Shown here: positions 47,201-60,479 of the stretch, piece after piece
Layout: each line of letters opens with the position of its first letter
Numbering within the stretch: position 1 is the stretch's first letter
NCBI GenBank assembly: GCA_008632985.1
Contig: QPGO01000002.1
Coordinates: 124,001-188,000 of the forward strand
Length of the DNA stretch: 64,000 bases
Direction: 5' to 3'
Source: Psammoneis japonica
Taxonomy: Eukaryota
The notes under the pieces: generated by a model
What the model was told of the DNA's origin: nothing
Databases searched by the model: none
The model's input: only the letters and a program-made list of their open reading frames with translations
Translations under genes and position numbers: made by a program

Positions 47201-50200
47201 CCGACGGAGTAGTAGATGGCACCTTTGATGGGGTGAGAGACGGGCCATCACTCGGTTCTGCCGAAGGTGTTACAGAAGGTAAATCACTCGGCGCTTCACT
47301 TGGGACCGCAGATGGAGTAGCTGAGGGCACCGTTGAAGGGGTGTGAGACGGGACATCACTTGGTTCCGCAGATGGTATTGTTGAAGGCACGTCACTGGGA
47401 GAAGTAGTCGGTATGGCAGACGGAGCGGTAGAGGGCACCGTCGAAGGTGCAAGAGACGGGGTAACACTTGGCTCTGCAGATGGGTTTGTTGAAGGCACGT
47501 CACTGGGAGCATCGCTCGGCACCGTAGAAGGGGTGAGAGACGGGGCATCACTTGGCTCTGTCGATGGTGTTGTTGAAGGCACGTCACTAGGAGCCGTAGT
47601 GGGGACGGCAGAAGGAACGGTTGAAGGCACATGACTGGGAGCGGAACTCGGGACTCCAGAAGGAGCAGTTGAGGGCACTTTTGATGGCGTCAACGAAGGG
47701 ATGTCGCTCGGTCTAGCTGAAGGAGCCACACTGGACCGACCGAAGGTGAAGTTGAGGGCACCAAAGATGGGACATCGCTTGGTTCTGATGAGGGAGTGGT
47801 CGATGGCGCAACACTGGGATCGATGCTTGGTGCTGCAGAAGGGACAGCTGAAGGGCTTGTTGAAGGCACTCTAGACGGTTGAAGAGAAGGCACATCACTT
47901 GGCTGATCTGATGGACTAGTCGATGGGATATGACTGGGAGCAGCACTCGGGACACCTGATGGGTTTGTTGAAGGCAACGTAGACGGTTGCAGAGAAGGCA
48001 CATCACTGGGCTGAACGGAGGGGCTAGTCGACGGGATGCCACTGGGTGACGAACTCGGGCCTGTCGAAGGCACTGTAGACGGATGCAGAGAAGGCACATC
48101 ACTCGGCTGAGCGGATGGACCAGTCGACGGGATATTACTGGGAGCCGCACTTGGGGTTGTCGAAGGCGTAGTTGAGGGGGCAGTCGAAGGCGATAAGGAC
48201 GGCATCCTACTCGGTTCAGAAGATGGAGTCGTCGATGGCACATCACTCGGTACCGAGCTAGGGACTGTCGAGGGTGCAGCCGATGGAGCATATGAAGGTG
48301 AAGAGGACGGCATTTCGCTGGGATTGGAAGACGGAGTTGTCGATGGCGGATCACTGGGAGCTGCACTGGGAACTGCAGACGGGCTTGATGAGGGAACTGT
48401 CGAAGGCGTCAAGGAGGGGACGTCGCTCGGTGGGATTGAAGGGGTTGTCGAAGGTGCGTCACTTGGAGTCGCACTGGGAACTGCAGAAGGAGTAGCAGAG
48501 GGTGCCGTCGAAGGTTTCAAAGATGGGACATCGCTGGGTTCCGAAGATGGACTCGTGGAAGGTAAATCACTGGGAGCTCCGCTTGGAACTGCTGAGGGTG
48601 CATTAGATGGCTCAGTTGATGGGTTGTCCGATGGCGTGTTACTTGGTGCTGCTGAAGGTGTTGTAGAGGGCACACCACTGGGACCCGCACTTGGTTGGGC
48701 CGAAGGTGTTGCTGATGGCAACCTGCTTGGAGATGCACTTGGTTGAGACGACGGTGTTGTCGACGGCACACCACTGGGAGCCACACTCGGGACTGCAGAC
48801 GGACTGGTAGAGGGCACCGTCGAGGGTGTCGTAGATGGAATATCACTCGGTTCTGTCGATGGTGTTGTAGAAGGTACATCACTGGGAGCTGCACTTGGCA
48901 TTGCCGACGGAGTAGCAGAGGGCACCTTTGATGGGGTGAGAGACGGGCCATCACTCGGTTCTGCCGAAGGTCTTGTAGAAGGTAAACCACTCGGCGCTTC
49001 ACTTGGGACCGCAGATGGAGTAGCTGAGGGCACCGTTGAAGGGGTTAGAGACGGGACATCACTTGGTTCCGCAGATGGTATTGTTGAAGGCATGTCACTA
49101 GGATCAGCACTCGGCATTGCAGATGGAGCAGCAGAGGGAACCGACGAAGGGGTGACAGACGGGGTGTCACTTGGCTCCACAGATGGTCTTGTTGAAGGCA
49201 CGTTACTGGGAGCTGAACTCGGGACTGCCGACGGAGAAGTAGATGGAATGTCACTCGGTTCTGTCGATGGTGTTGTAGAAGGTACATCACTCGGCGCTTC
49301 ACTTGGGATCGCAGATGGAGTAGCTGAGGGCGCCGTTGAAGGGGTGAGAGACGGGACATCGCTTGGTTCTCCAGATGGTATTGTTGAAGGCATGTCACTA
49401 GGAACAGCACTCGGCATTGCAGATGGAGCAGCAGAGGGCACCGACGAAGGGGTGACAGACGGGGTGTCACTTGGCTCCACAGATGGTCTTGTTGAAGGCA
49501 CGTCACTGGGGGCGGAACTCGGGACTGCAGACGGAGTAGTAGAGGGCACCGTTGAAGGGGTGAGAGACGGAACATCACTTGGCTCTATCGAAGGTGTTGT
49601 AGAAGGTATGTCACTCGGGGCTGAACTCGGCACTGCCGACGGAGTAGTAGATGGCACCTTTGATGGGGTGACAGACGGGCCATCACTCGGTTCTGCCGAA
49701 GGTGTTGCAGAAGGTATATCACTCGGCGCTTCACTTGGGATCGCAGATGGAGTAGCTGAGGGCGCCGTTGAAGGGGTGAGAGACGGGACATCGCTTGGTT
49801 CTCCAGATGGTATTGTTGAAGGCATGCCACTAGGATCAGCACTCGGCATTGCAGATGGAGTAGCAGAGGGCACCGTCGAGGGGGTGACAGAAGGGGAGTC
49901 ACTTGGCTCTGCAGATGGTCTTGTTGAAGGCACGTCGCTGGGAGAAGTAGTCGGTGTGGCAGACGGAGCGGTAGAGGGCACCGTCGAAGGTGTAAGAGAC
50001 GGAGTATCACTTGGCTCTGCAGATGGGTTTGTTGAAGGCACGTCACTGGGAGCATCGCTCGGCACCGTCGAAGGGATGAGAGACGGGGCATTACTTGGCT
50101 CTGTTGATGGCGTTGTTGAAGGCACATCACTAGGAGCCGTAGTGGGGACGGCAGAAGGAACGGTTGAAGGCACATGACTGGGAGCGGAACTCGGGACTCC

Positions 50201-53200
50201 AGAAGGAGCAGTTGAGGGCACTTTTGGTGTCAACGAAGGGATGTCACTCGGTCTAGCTGAAGGAGCCGCACTGGGACCGACCGAAGGTGAAGTTGAGGGA
50301 ACCAAAGATGGCACATCGCTTGGTTCTGATGTGGGAGTGGTCGATGGCGCAACACTGGGTTTGATGCTTGGTGCTGCAGAAGGGATTATGGAGGGTGTTT
50401 CCGAAGGCGCACGGCTGGGGTTACTGCTGGGTGAGACGGAAGGTAGATAACTAGGAGCTTTGCTAGGTATATCAGAGTCCGAATCACTTGGAGCCGCCGA
50501 AGGTACTCCAGTAGGGCCCTCGGATGGTGTTGACGATGGTCCAGAACTCGGGAGAATACTTGGATAGCTGGACGGCATATCACTAGGAGCGCCCGAAGGC
50601 AACTCACTCGGCGCACCAGATGGCGCGGCCGACGGTTCCGAAGAGGGCGCATTACTCGGCGCAATCGGCGGTGATGATGACGGGTTGAAACTTGGGACCT
50701 CGCTTGGAGCATAAGACGGCGAAGTACTCGTGGCAACCGTTGGCACCAAACTTGGCATATTCGAAGGAACAGATGAAGCAGGAGAAGAGGGTTGCGATGA
50801 TGGCACATCACTTGGTGCATAGCAGGGTAATTCCGAAGGCAAACCACTGGGAACATCAGTTGTCGCAGTCGAAGGTGATCCGGATGGAGAATCACTGAGG
50901 CCTGAAAATGGCGGTGACGAAGGCACTGCACTTGGGACAGAAAGGATCTCACTTGGCACACCAGAAGGCCCGGACGAGGGTTTAGACGAGGGCACATCAC
51001 TTGTTGAAGTTGAAGGTTCTCCGGACGGGACATCGCTGGGTTTAGTCGACAGTGACAACGAAGGAAATGCACTCGGGACATCAGTGGGAGCCACTGATGG
51101 CATCCGACTTGGAACAGCTGATGGTGCACCAAAAATTTCGTCACTCGGTGCTCCGCTTGGATCTTCGCTTGGCGTATCGCTCAGAACAGATGATGGTGGC
51201 GTCGAGGGCGCTGACAATGGCACAAGTTCTGTTGGCGATTGACTAGACCCATGAGACGGAGAGCCGGAGGGCGTAGCAGATGAAATTGATGACGGCACGT
51301 CACTGGGAACAGCGGATGGAGACGAAGACGGTGCGACACTAGATTCGCCTGTTGGAGATTGACTTGGCGAAGCAGACGGAGCAATAGAAGGTTCGTCGCT
51401 GGGGGCTCCGCTCGGATATTCACTTGGTGTAACGCTGGAAACAGATGATGGCGCCGTCGAGGGGGCTGACGAAGGAACAAGTCCTGTCGTTGTCAGAGTT
51501 GGAACAACAGAAGGAGCGTGGGAGGGCGTAGTAACAGTTGGAACAACAGAAGGAGCGTGGGAGGGTGTAGTAGAAGACGTCGATGACGGCATGACACTGG
51601 GAACCGCGGATGAAGACGAAGACGGTGCGACACTAGATTCGCCTGTTGGATTTTGACTTGGCAAAGTAGACGGAGCACCAGAAGGTTCGTCACTGGGGGC
51701 TCCGCTCGGATATTCACTTGGTGCACCTTGAGATGATGGTGCCGCCGAGGGAACTGAAGAAGGAACAAAACCTGGAGGCGATTGACTAGGCCCAACAGAA
51801 GGAGAGCCGGAGGGCGCAGCAGATGACATCGATGTTGGAACGTCACTGGAAACCGCGGATGGGGACAAAGACGGCGAGATACTAGATTCGACTGTTGGAG
51901 ATTGACTTGGCACAGCAGACGGAGCACCAGTGGGTTCGTCATTGGGGGCTCCGCTCGGATCTTCACTTGGCGTATCGCTCGAAACAGATGATGGTGCCGT
52001 CGAGGGAGCTAATGAAGGAACAAGTCCTGTTGGCGATTGACTAGGCCCATGAGAAGGAGAATCGGAGGGCGTAGTAGATGACGTCGATGTTGGCACTTCA
52101 CTGGGAACTGCGGATGGAGACAAAGACGGCGCAACACTAGATTCGCCTGTTGGAGATTGACTTGGCAAAGCAGAGGGAGCAATAGAAGGTTCGTTACTGG
52201 GGGCTCCGCTCTTATCTTCGCTTGGTGTACCGCTAGAAACAGATGATGGGGCCGTCGAGGGAGCTGATGAAGGAACAAGTCCTGTTGGCGATTGACTAGG
52301 CATAACAGAAGGAGATTTTGAGGGCGTAGTAGATGACGGCAGCTCACTGGGAACCGCGGATGAAGACGAAGACGGTACGACACTAGATTCGCCTGTTGGA
52401 GATTGACTTGGCAAAGCAGACGGAGCAATGGAAGGTTTGTCACTGGGGGGTCCGCTCGAATCTTCACTTGGTGTACCGCTCGAAACAGATGATGGTGCCG
52501 TCGAGGGAGCTGACAAAGGAACAAGTCCTGTTGGCGATTGACTAGTAGGCCCAACAGAAGGAGAGTCGGAGGGCGTAGTAGATGACGTCAATGTTGGCAG
52601 GTCACTGGGAACTGCGGATAGAGACAAAGACGGCGCAACACTAGATTCGCCTGTTGGAGATTGACTTGGCAAAGCAGAGGGAGCAATAGAAGGTTCTTCA
52701 CTGGGGGCTCCGCTCTTATCTTCGCTTGGTGTACCGCTAGAAACAGATGATGGGGCCGTCGAGGGAGCTGATGAAGGAACAAGTCCTGTTGGCGATTGAC
52801 TAGGCAGAAAAGAAGGAGAGTCGGAGGGCGTAGAAGATGACGGCAGGTCACTGGGAACCGCGGATGAAGACGAAGACGGTAAGACACTAGATTCGCCTGT
52901 TGGAGATTGACTTGGCAAAGCAGACGGAGCAATGGAAGGTTTGTCACTGGGGGGGCCGCTCGAATCTTCACTTGGTGTACCGCTCGGAACAGATGATGGT
53001 GCCGTCGAGGGAGCTGACGAAGGAACAAGTCCTGTTGGCGATTGACTAGTAGGCCCAACAGAAGGAGAGTCGGAGGGCGTAGTAGATGACGTCGATGTCG
53101 GCACTTCGCTGGGAACCGCGGATGGAGACAAAGACGGCACGACACTATATTCGCTTCTTGGAGATTGACTTGGCAAAGCAGACGGAGCAATAGAGGGTTC

Positions 53201-56200
53201 GTCACTGGGGGCTCCGCTTGGACCTTCACTTGGTGTACCGCTCAAATCAGATGATGGTGCCGTCGAGGGAGCTGGCGAAGGAACAAGTGCTGGAGGCGAT
53301 GGACTAGGCCCAACAGAAGGAGAGCCGGAGGGCGCAACAGACGACATCGATGTCGGCACGTCGCTGGAAACCGCGGATGGTGACGAAGACGGCGAGATAC
53401 TAGATTCGACCGTTGGAGATCCACTTGGCACAGCAAACGGAGCACCAGAAGTTTCGTCACTTGGCGTTCCGCTCGGAGCTTCACTTGCCGTAATGCTCGA
53501 AACAGATGATGGAGCCGTCGAAGGAGTTGATGAAGGCACAAGTCCTGTCGGTGTCAGAGTTGGTACAACCGAAGGAGCGTCGGAGGGCGTAGTAGATGGT
53601 GCCGAAATCGGCACGTCACTGGGTATCGTTGATGGCTGCACAGACGGAGCGACACTAGATTCGCTAGAAGGATATTGACTTGAAAATGCGGAAGAAGCAT
53701 TCGAAGGTTCACCGCTCGGAGCTCCACTCGGTTCATTACCCGAAACCGTTGTTGGGATTGCCGAGGGGGCTGACGAGGGCTGCGCCTCCGTAGGTGCAGA
53801 GCTAGGTACTCCAATCGGTCCTGCTGGAGACGAGGATGGAGCCGAAGAAGGCACGCCAAGAGTGGTCGTTGGAGACACTGAGGCTGGTAAAGCTGTAGCA
53901 GGTAGGGTTGCCGACGACGGATCAGGTGTTGGAGGTAGAGTTGGGTTCAGTACTGGTGGCGGTGTCGCATTCGGCGACGGTGGTAGAGATGGATTAGGAG
54001 ATGGCGGCGGTGATGGATTAATGGTAGGTGGCGGTATCGGTGGCAATGTTGGAAATGGCGTCGGTGGTAGAGATGGATTCGGTGATGGTGGCGGTGTTGG
54101 ATTAATTGTAGGAGGCGGAGTAGGATTTTGAGACGGTGGTGGTGTGGGAGGTGTTGTTGGATTTGGTGTAGGAGGTAGGGATGGTTTCGGTGATGGCGGT
54201 GGCGTCGGATTAATGGTGGGAGGCGGAGTGGGGTTTCGTGATGGCGGTGGTGTGGGAGGCAATGTTGGATTTGGAGTCGGCGGCAGAGTTGGTTCGAGAG
54301 TCGGGGGTGGTGTTGGATCAACGGTAGGAGTCGGAGTCGGATTCTGTGATGGCTGCAAAGTCGGCGGCAGACTTGGCTTTCGCGTTGGTGAGTTTGTGGG
54401 CTGTTTTGTTGGAGTTGCAGTCGGTGGCCCCGTCTTTGGTGCAATTGGGGGCGGGGTGGGGGTTGCTGCGGGCGAAGACGTGGTTGGAGGCTCTGTGCTG
54501 GGCTCTTCAGGAGCCGATGTTGAACCTGCCGGTGGAGGACTATTTGGCTGTGATGTGGAGCTTGGACTCGGGGGCGAACTCGACGGAGGTCCACCTGGAG
54601 CAGGTGTTGAATCTGTTGGTGGAGCATTATTCGGCTGCGGAGTCGCGGGTGAATTTGGTTGAGGTTCACCTGGAGTTGGAGTGGAGCCTGATGGTGGAAG
54701 ACTATTGGGCGGTGTCGTAGAAGGCGATGGCGGAAGCATGTTCGTTGGGGTTTCACCTGGAGCCGATGTCGAATCTGTCGGAAGACTATTTGGCTGTGAT
54801 GTGGACGGGAGAGACGGAGGGTTCGCTGGAGGATCACCTGGAGTGGGTGTAGAGCCTGGAGTCGGTGCCACAGTACTCGGCGTAGAGGGAGAAGATGAAA
54901 GTGAAATCGAAGGCGAACTCGATGGCGAACTCGATTGCGAACTCGATGGCAAACTCGATGGCAAACTCGATAGCAAACTCGATGGCGAACTCGATGGCGA
55001 ATTCGACGGGGCTGGCTGACTAGGGCTCTGATTGTCTATTCTGATGATTTCGGCTTCGACCCCGTTCGTATCAATCACATACAACTCGGATATTGCTTCG
55101 AACTCGTCAATTCCAAGTTCAAGGAACTTGAAATTTAATTGAGGCATAAAATCGGATGCAGAAAATGTTGTGGATCGTATTTTGAATTCTTCTTCAGTTC
55201 TCCTGTGAAGAGCATCTTCAGGATAGGGAGAAGTCTGCTTGCGATCAAAAAGGTTTTTCTTCTCACTCCCTGATTCGATCGGCGTATTTTCGATTCCAGA
55301 GTTGAACATGGGTTCAATCGGAGAGCACCCATTGCAAAGAACATCTACTGTCCAATCCGTATCCATAAATGGAACCGTTCCGTCGCCAGCTAGGAGTAGT
55401 TCATAGTTCACAAGCTGAACGTTGCTGACGCTTCGCTCGTAAATGTCTCTGCAGCCTCCTGAGAGGTTGTTGTAAGCTTCTTCAAAAGTAATTTCCAATA
55501 GCTCCTTTTCTTCAGGCGTAAATGGTTTCGTGAGACCTTCGAGGAAGAGCGATAAGCGGCCTTGGTGTTGCGTTCGATTCACGTCGCATTGTAAGCCTTC
55601 GAATCCGGTAGTATTAGCTGCTGATGCTGCACTTTTTCTATTCTCGGATACAACCACCCCCGACGAGACAGAGGCGGAAACGATAGCCGTTGTAGCTACC
55701 ACTGAAGCCACAACGGCACCTATTCCAACCCCCAAGCCTGTAGCCGTCGCTGCTCCGGCTGCAGCAGCCGCTGTCGCAGCTGCTGCAGTGGCAGTGTTCG
55801 CAGCGGCCTGGACCGCCATTTGTTGAGCGACAGCCTGCATGCTAAGGTTGTTGGGAAGAGCACAAGAAGGATACGCATGAGATGAACGGTAGCTCAAGTC
55901 ACTCATAACAACGAATACATTATGCTGAAAAAGCAGGACTTACACTGGCGGCACAGTACCAGCTCCTCCTCCGCCTCCTCCCTGTCCTTGAGGTGCAGCC
56001 GTGCTGGAGGGGTCTGTTTGCGCCATGCTGTCCATCTGACCTGCACCAGCATCGTCGTCGTCGTCCGTCTGGTCGATGGACTTCTTCAACTTTGATGCTG
56101 CTAAGGCAACGGCTCCCAAGCCAGCTAAACCGGCACCGGCGAAAAGGACTTTCTTTTTCATATCGCCGCCCTCTTCTTCTTCTTCTTCTTCTTCTTCTTC

Positions 56201-56506
56201 GTCTTCTTTATCCATGTCAGTCTCCTCCTCGTTCGTCTCGTCGCTCTCGGCATTGGAATCAGGTGCACTTTCGTTGTTGCTTCTGTCAGTAAGAATCAGT
56301 ATGAAGACAGTGCCATAAGTGCGACAGCAATGGCGGCATACAACAGCAATGGCGGCATACAGACAGCAGATAAGTAAAGCATCAACAACTTACCCTTCGC
56401 GGTCAGACATTCCCGATGCCTCGGATGCTGAATCTTGTGAAGTCATGGCATCAGAGTCTTCTGAGAGAACGTAGCTACTCTCGGCTGATGAAGAGTCGTT
56501 GTCCAT
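44265..56506 (-). CDS. Giant (~4,000 aa) mucin-like Pro/Ser/Thr-rich membrane protein with C-terminal discoidin/F5-8 type C-like domain
   Basis: Exons 56506-56394, 56282-55944 and 55841-44265 join in frame through GTAAGT..AG introns. Acidic N-terminus, hydrophobic segments, a Cys-containing globular domain, PT-rich then >3,000 aa of PSxx repeats. C-terminus SKWCC..PPQWVQVEF...FTITSGNDVPTRDPTKFCIEGSNDG. Single 1-nt frameshift at ~47733. Confidence 0.85.
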
Positions 56507-56899
56507 GTTGGTGAATAGGGCGTCGTCGCGTTTGTTTGGTCTCAGCTAGTACGGTACGGCGTAGTGGCCATGGGCAAATGAATTACTGTAGTATGTGCGG
56601 CGCCCGCCCGAAACTTCCAAAACCTTTTTCGGAAAATTTTGGCAATCATGTTCATTGCAATGTTGCCCATTGGATATAATGAGGGCAATAAATTCGTGGA
56701 AGTACACAGAATGTCATACTTACAAAATACATGTTGTGACATAAAAGACCTCTAAACCCAACAGATGTCGAAAATGTCAAGACTGGCAGCCGCGCCTCAC
56801 CACTTTCGTTCCCGCCATTTTCAATTTTTTGAAAATTTGCCAAAGAGAAAGCGCAACAAGACGAGGACATGCGCCAGAGAGGGAGAGAGAGCACCCCGA

Positions 56900-58670
56900 A
56901 GCACACTCTGCCTCTGAAGGTGGTGCTGCCCGGGCATGCTGACCCATCACCTCTAGCAGCAGCTCTGTGAGACACCAGACAACTTGCCAACTCAGCAAAA
57001 AAGAACATGAAACACAGCCTGAGAGAGAAAAGAGATGTGACCTCAAAAAGCAGAAGAGGGGCGAGTGTTTGTCATCGCTCTTTTCTTTAAAGATGCTGTG
57101 TGCAGGAGGAGAACAAGCTCTTTTACATGGACTTTAGACTGATGCAGAGCAAAGTTCCAAAACCCACTGCAAAGAGTGAACACCTCAACTGGGAGCAAGG
57201 CACACTTCTGAGGGGGGAGTCCGGAGCTTTTTCTGTCTCCACACTGAAGATGCAGAGAGCTGCTTGTGCCAGCAACAAATCAAACCCCGAAGAAGGAGCT
57301 CTGGAGTGCAGGTGCTCTTGGGCAGAGAAAAGCACACAGCTGAGTCACACTTTTTGTCAGCTGCAGCTTTTTCTGAATGTGCTGGCCTCCAGGTTGAGCT
57401 GCAGCTCTGAACTGGGCTTTTTCCATGTTTGTCGCATGTCTCAACATGTTCTCTCCAAAGCAGCCAAACATGCTGCCAAGTTGGTGTCAACTGGGCAGGG
57501 AGTCGATCCACGCTCTCCACAAAATCCAAAAGAGAAGAGCGAAGGAGAGAGGAAGAGCTTTGGCATGTGTTTGAAAGACCCCCCCCCCCCCCCCCACCTG
57601 TGACATTGAAGAAACTTGCACACATGAGGTGGGAAACATGATTGCTCATGCATTTGAGCATTCCAAGCAGCTGCTGAAGTTGCTGCTGCTGGCAGAGGCA
57701 CCTTGAGAATTTGTTTTTGTGCATGCACACATGCACACCTCCTCGAATGTGTTGAGACAGCCTGCCCAGAGCTGTGCTGTAAACCCAAATCTGGGTTGCC
57801 ACCAGGCCTCACCTGCTTTTAAAGGCAGAACAGCTGTGCTTGAGTGGCCAACACAGGCCACTTGCACTCTGTTTTGCATCACTGCCAGGTGCACTGAGAG
57901 TGTAGATTAGCCTGTTGCTGGGGTTGCAGGGCAGAGGCTGCGTGCAGCACCAAAATGACATGCCCTGTGCATGCGCCAGGCGCTGAAAAAGAAGATGTGT
58001 TACGACTTTGTCATTGTGAAAATTATGAGCTAGTTTAGAGCAGAAAAAGTGGGATCGTGCGAACAGGGAATCTTGCCAAATTCCCATTCGTTTGCATTTG
58101 GATCGCATCAAATCGATCGTGCGTTCGCATTGTGGATCGTGCGAATCAAGCCATCACGCGCCATGCACGAGTGATGTCATCGTGTGGAATCACGCTGCCA
58201 TCGTGGGCCAGACGACGGGTTAGTGTGCTTCACACGGATGCTCTCTTAGCATCCTTCTGGAATTGCCTAAGACCAGAGCCACGCCCTCCTGTGGTCGTGC
58301 TTCCCAGGTGCGTGTTAACAATGCTGCGTTGCCACGCACAAGAGGCTCATGCACGGTCTCGCCGTGTTGTCCAGTGGCGAGGCATGCTGCAGACAGCTTC
58401 TTCTTTTCCTGCAGCTGTGTGGCAGAAGCCATCATTGCACAACTTTGGGTGGGGATCCCATTGTTGTGCAGTTTGACATCTTCTCACTTCTGTTTGCATC
58501 TGGTGGACCATCATGCATTCTGTGCAAAGACATGGCCTTGACATGGATTTTCAACCTCAAGGAGCGCTTTGTCTCCACACTGTTCTTCCACGCAGCCTTT
58601 CATTGTTTTTCTTACAAAACCCAATCCATTTGGAATGTTCTGAACTCATCTTTTCAATTGTTTCGATCAC
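56900..58670. other. TpA-depleted island between two host genes (probable decayed transposon pieces)
   Basis: Very few TpA, with TG/CA excess. Repeated GATCGTGCG motif at 58053-58145. No domain recognised. Confidence 0.5.
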
Positions 58671-58910
58671 AGTGCGTCCTTTATTAAGGTAGTACGGTCG
58701 AAACGAAGTGAAAGTAAATTGCTTCGGTCGCTGAATGCCCAGAAATCTTATCGCGTCAAAGCTTTCTGCATTTTACGAACAAGATCAAGTAACTACGACC
58801 CTGTTGTTACAACCACAACTAATTTACACGTTTAACGTTAGAGATAATGTTCCTCCTATTGGACGGCTTGGCACATAATATCTCGATAGTCCCACACACA
58901 CTCCTAGCTT

Positions 58911-60479
58911 TTAAGATTGCTTTTCGTTATCCTTGCTCGGAGTGTCATCAAAGTCTCGGACATTGGCACTCAACCTGGCGTTGTAGCTTTGCCGTTCATC
59001 CTGGCGAGTTCCCATGTAGTGATAACGCAATCGTCGTAACAAGAGTTCCTTGATCTCCTCATGGTGAGCAGCGATTTCCGCTGAAGTCTTCTTGTTGGCT
59101 TCTACTTGCGCCACTTGTTCCACGGTCAAACGACGAACCTTGTTCTTGGTCCCGTCGGAAAAGACATACTGCAAATCGACAAAATGGTCCGCAAGCTGGT
59201 CCCACTTGGCGGAAAAGAGCCAATAAATCATTTCACCCTGCTCTGTATCGGCAAAGACAGACGCACGACACTCAACATATTTGTCCAATTGATCTTCAAA
59301 GGACTGCGGCATGTTGGTCCAATGAACGTTGGGTTCGTGATGGTGAACCACGTGGTAATCCTCGTTCCAAACATTGTTGCCGCCACGCAAAATGGTAATC
59401 GAGTTGACGTACTGATTGGTCGGGTCGCTCTCTTCGGAAAAGGAATGCCACAAGTAGGCAATGATTCCCAAGAACGAGGCGTTCTCCAACATGGGATAAA
59501 GCATGTAGGCCCAGTAAAAGACGGGTCCCATCTTGAACCAGCAATAAATGGACACACCGTAGTAATAAATCATGCCATAGATCAAATCCAGCAAGAGACG
59601 GTACTCGCCACGAGACCAAAACAACACGACGGGAGTAATTCCGGTCCAGTATGCCACAAAACGAGGCAAGTACATAATGTAGCTCACAAGGACCGTGCGA
59701 TCAAAGTCCATGTTGGTATGAACATCTCCCGTGTCGTTATGCCAACGGTGATGAATCTTGTTGTGCGCCGTAGCGTAATGGTTGGGGATGGTCCCGTACA
59801 AGACACCGGCAACACTGGTATTGACGTGATCGGTCAGCCACTTGCGCATCGGCTTGGATACCTGAGAACGCTTCTTTTTCCACAAGTTGCAAAAGAGTCC
59901 ATGACGAATGGCGTGACCCTCCTTGTGAACAAGCGTTGCATGATGGGCATACATTTGATGGCGTGGCCCCACGCGAAGCAAATGGTACACCAAAAAGGTG
60001 GATAGCTCCAGTCCGTGTTCCAGGTATCGCATCGTTGCCCAGTACGCCAAGGCCGGCAAAATGATGGTCCCATAAAACATCCAGGGCAGATACGACGAGT
60101 CTCGGGGATCCAACATGATGTAATGCGCACACCACTTGAAAAAGACTTGCTGACACTTGCGTAAAAAGTCGAGAATGCGTTTCCCGATAGGATTGTGCTC
60201 ATAAAGAGCATACTGTAGCGAGTAACCCAACACGTTGGAGAGAGCAATCACCATCATGCTCGGTAAGAAGATAAAGATGAGAGTAATGCTTCCCATCACC
60301 TTGTAGGTCGTGTCACTAAAGGCATTCCAAGGAAACGGGCGTTCCTCTTTCACCGAGCTCGTGTTATTGCTCATGTCATTGGCCTCAGTAGCAGACTTGG
60401 GATTCTCAGCCAACGCAGCAAGATCCGATAAGGATGGGTCAGAAGCGACCGAGGAAGGAGGACACGGTACAGGAGGCAT
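58911..60479 (-). CDS. Membrane fatty-acid desaturase-like protein
   Basis: His boxes HHATLVHKEGH, HNKIHHRWH and YHVVHHH with transmembrane stretches. Intact ORF; first ATG at 60479. Regiospecificity not assignable. Confidence 0.82.
   Translation of the reverse strand: MPPVPCPPSSVASDPSLSDLAALAENPKSATEANDMSNNTSSVKEERPFPWNAFSDTTYKVMGSITLIFIFLPSMMVIALSNVLGYSLQYALYEHNPIGKRILDFLRKCQQVFFKWCAHYIMLDPRDSSYLPWMFYGTIILPALAYWATMRYLEHGLELSTFLVYHLLRVGPRHQMYAHHATLVHKEGHAIRHGLFCNLWKKKRSQVSKPMRKWLTDHVNTSVAGVLYGTIPNHYATAHNKIHHRWHNDTGDVHTNMDFDRTVLVSYIMYLPRFVAYWTGITPVVLFWSRGEYRLLLDLIYGMIYYYGVSIYCWFKMGPVFYWAYMLYPMLENASFLGIIAYLWHSFSEESDPTNQYVNSITILRGGNNVWNEDYHVVHHHEPNVHWTNMPQSFEDQLDKYVECRASVFADTEQGEMIYWLFSAKWDQLADHFVDLQYVFSDGTKNKVRRLTVEQVAQVEANKKTSAEIAAHHEEIKELLLRRLRYHYMGTRQDERQSYNARLSANVRDFDDTPSKDNEKQS

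Noticed and set aside
44800..55020. Long plus-strand Gly/Asp/Glu-rich ORFs (e.g. 45865-47346, 48936-50177) and alternative-frame Arg/His/Leu ORFs
   Set aside because: These are shadows of the PSxx repeat coding sequence.
59106..60005. 299-aa plus-strand ORF
   Set aside because: It is the antisense shadow of the desaturase gene, with no motifs of its own.
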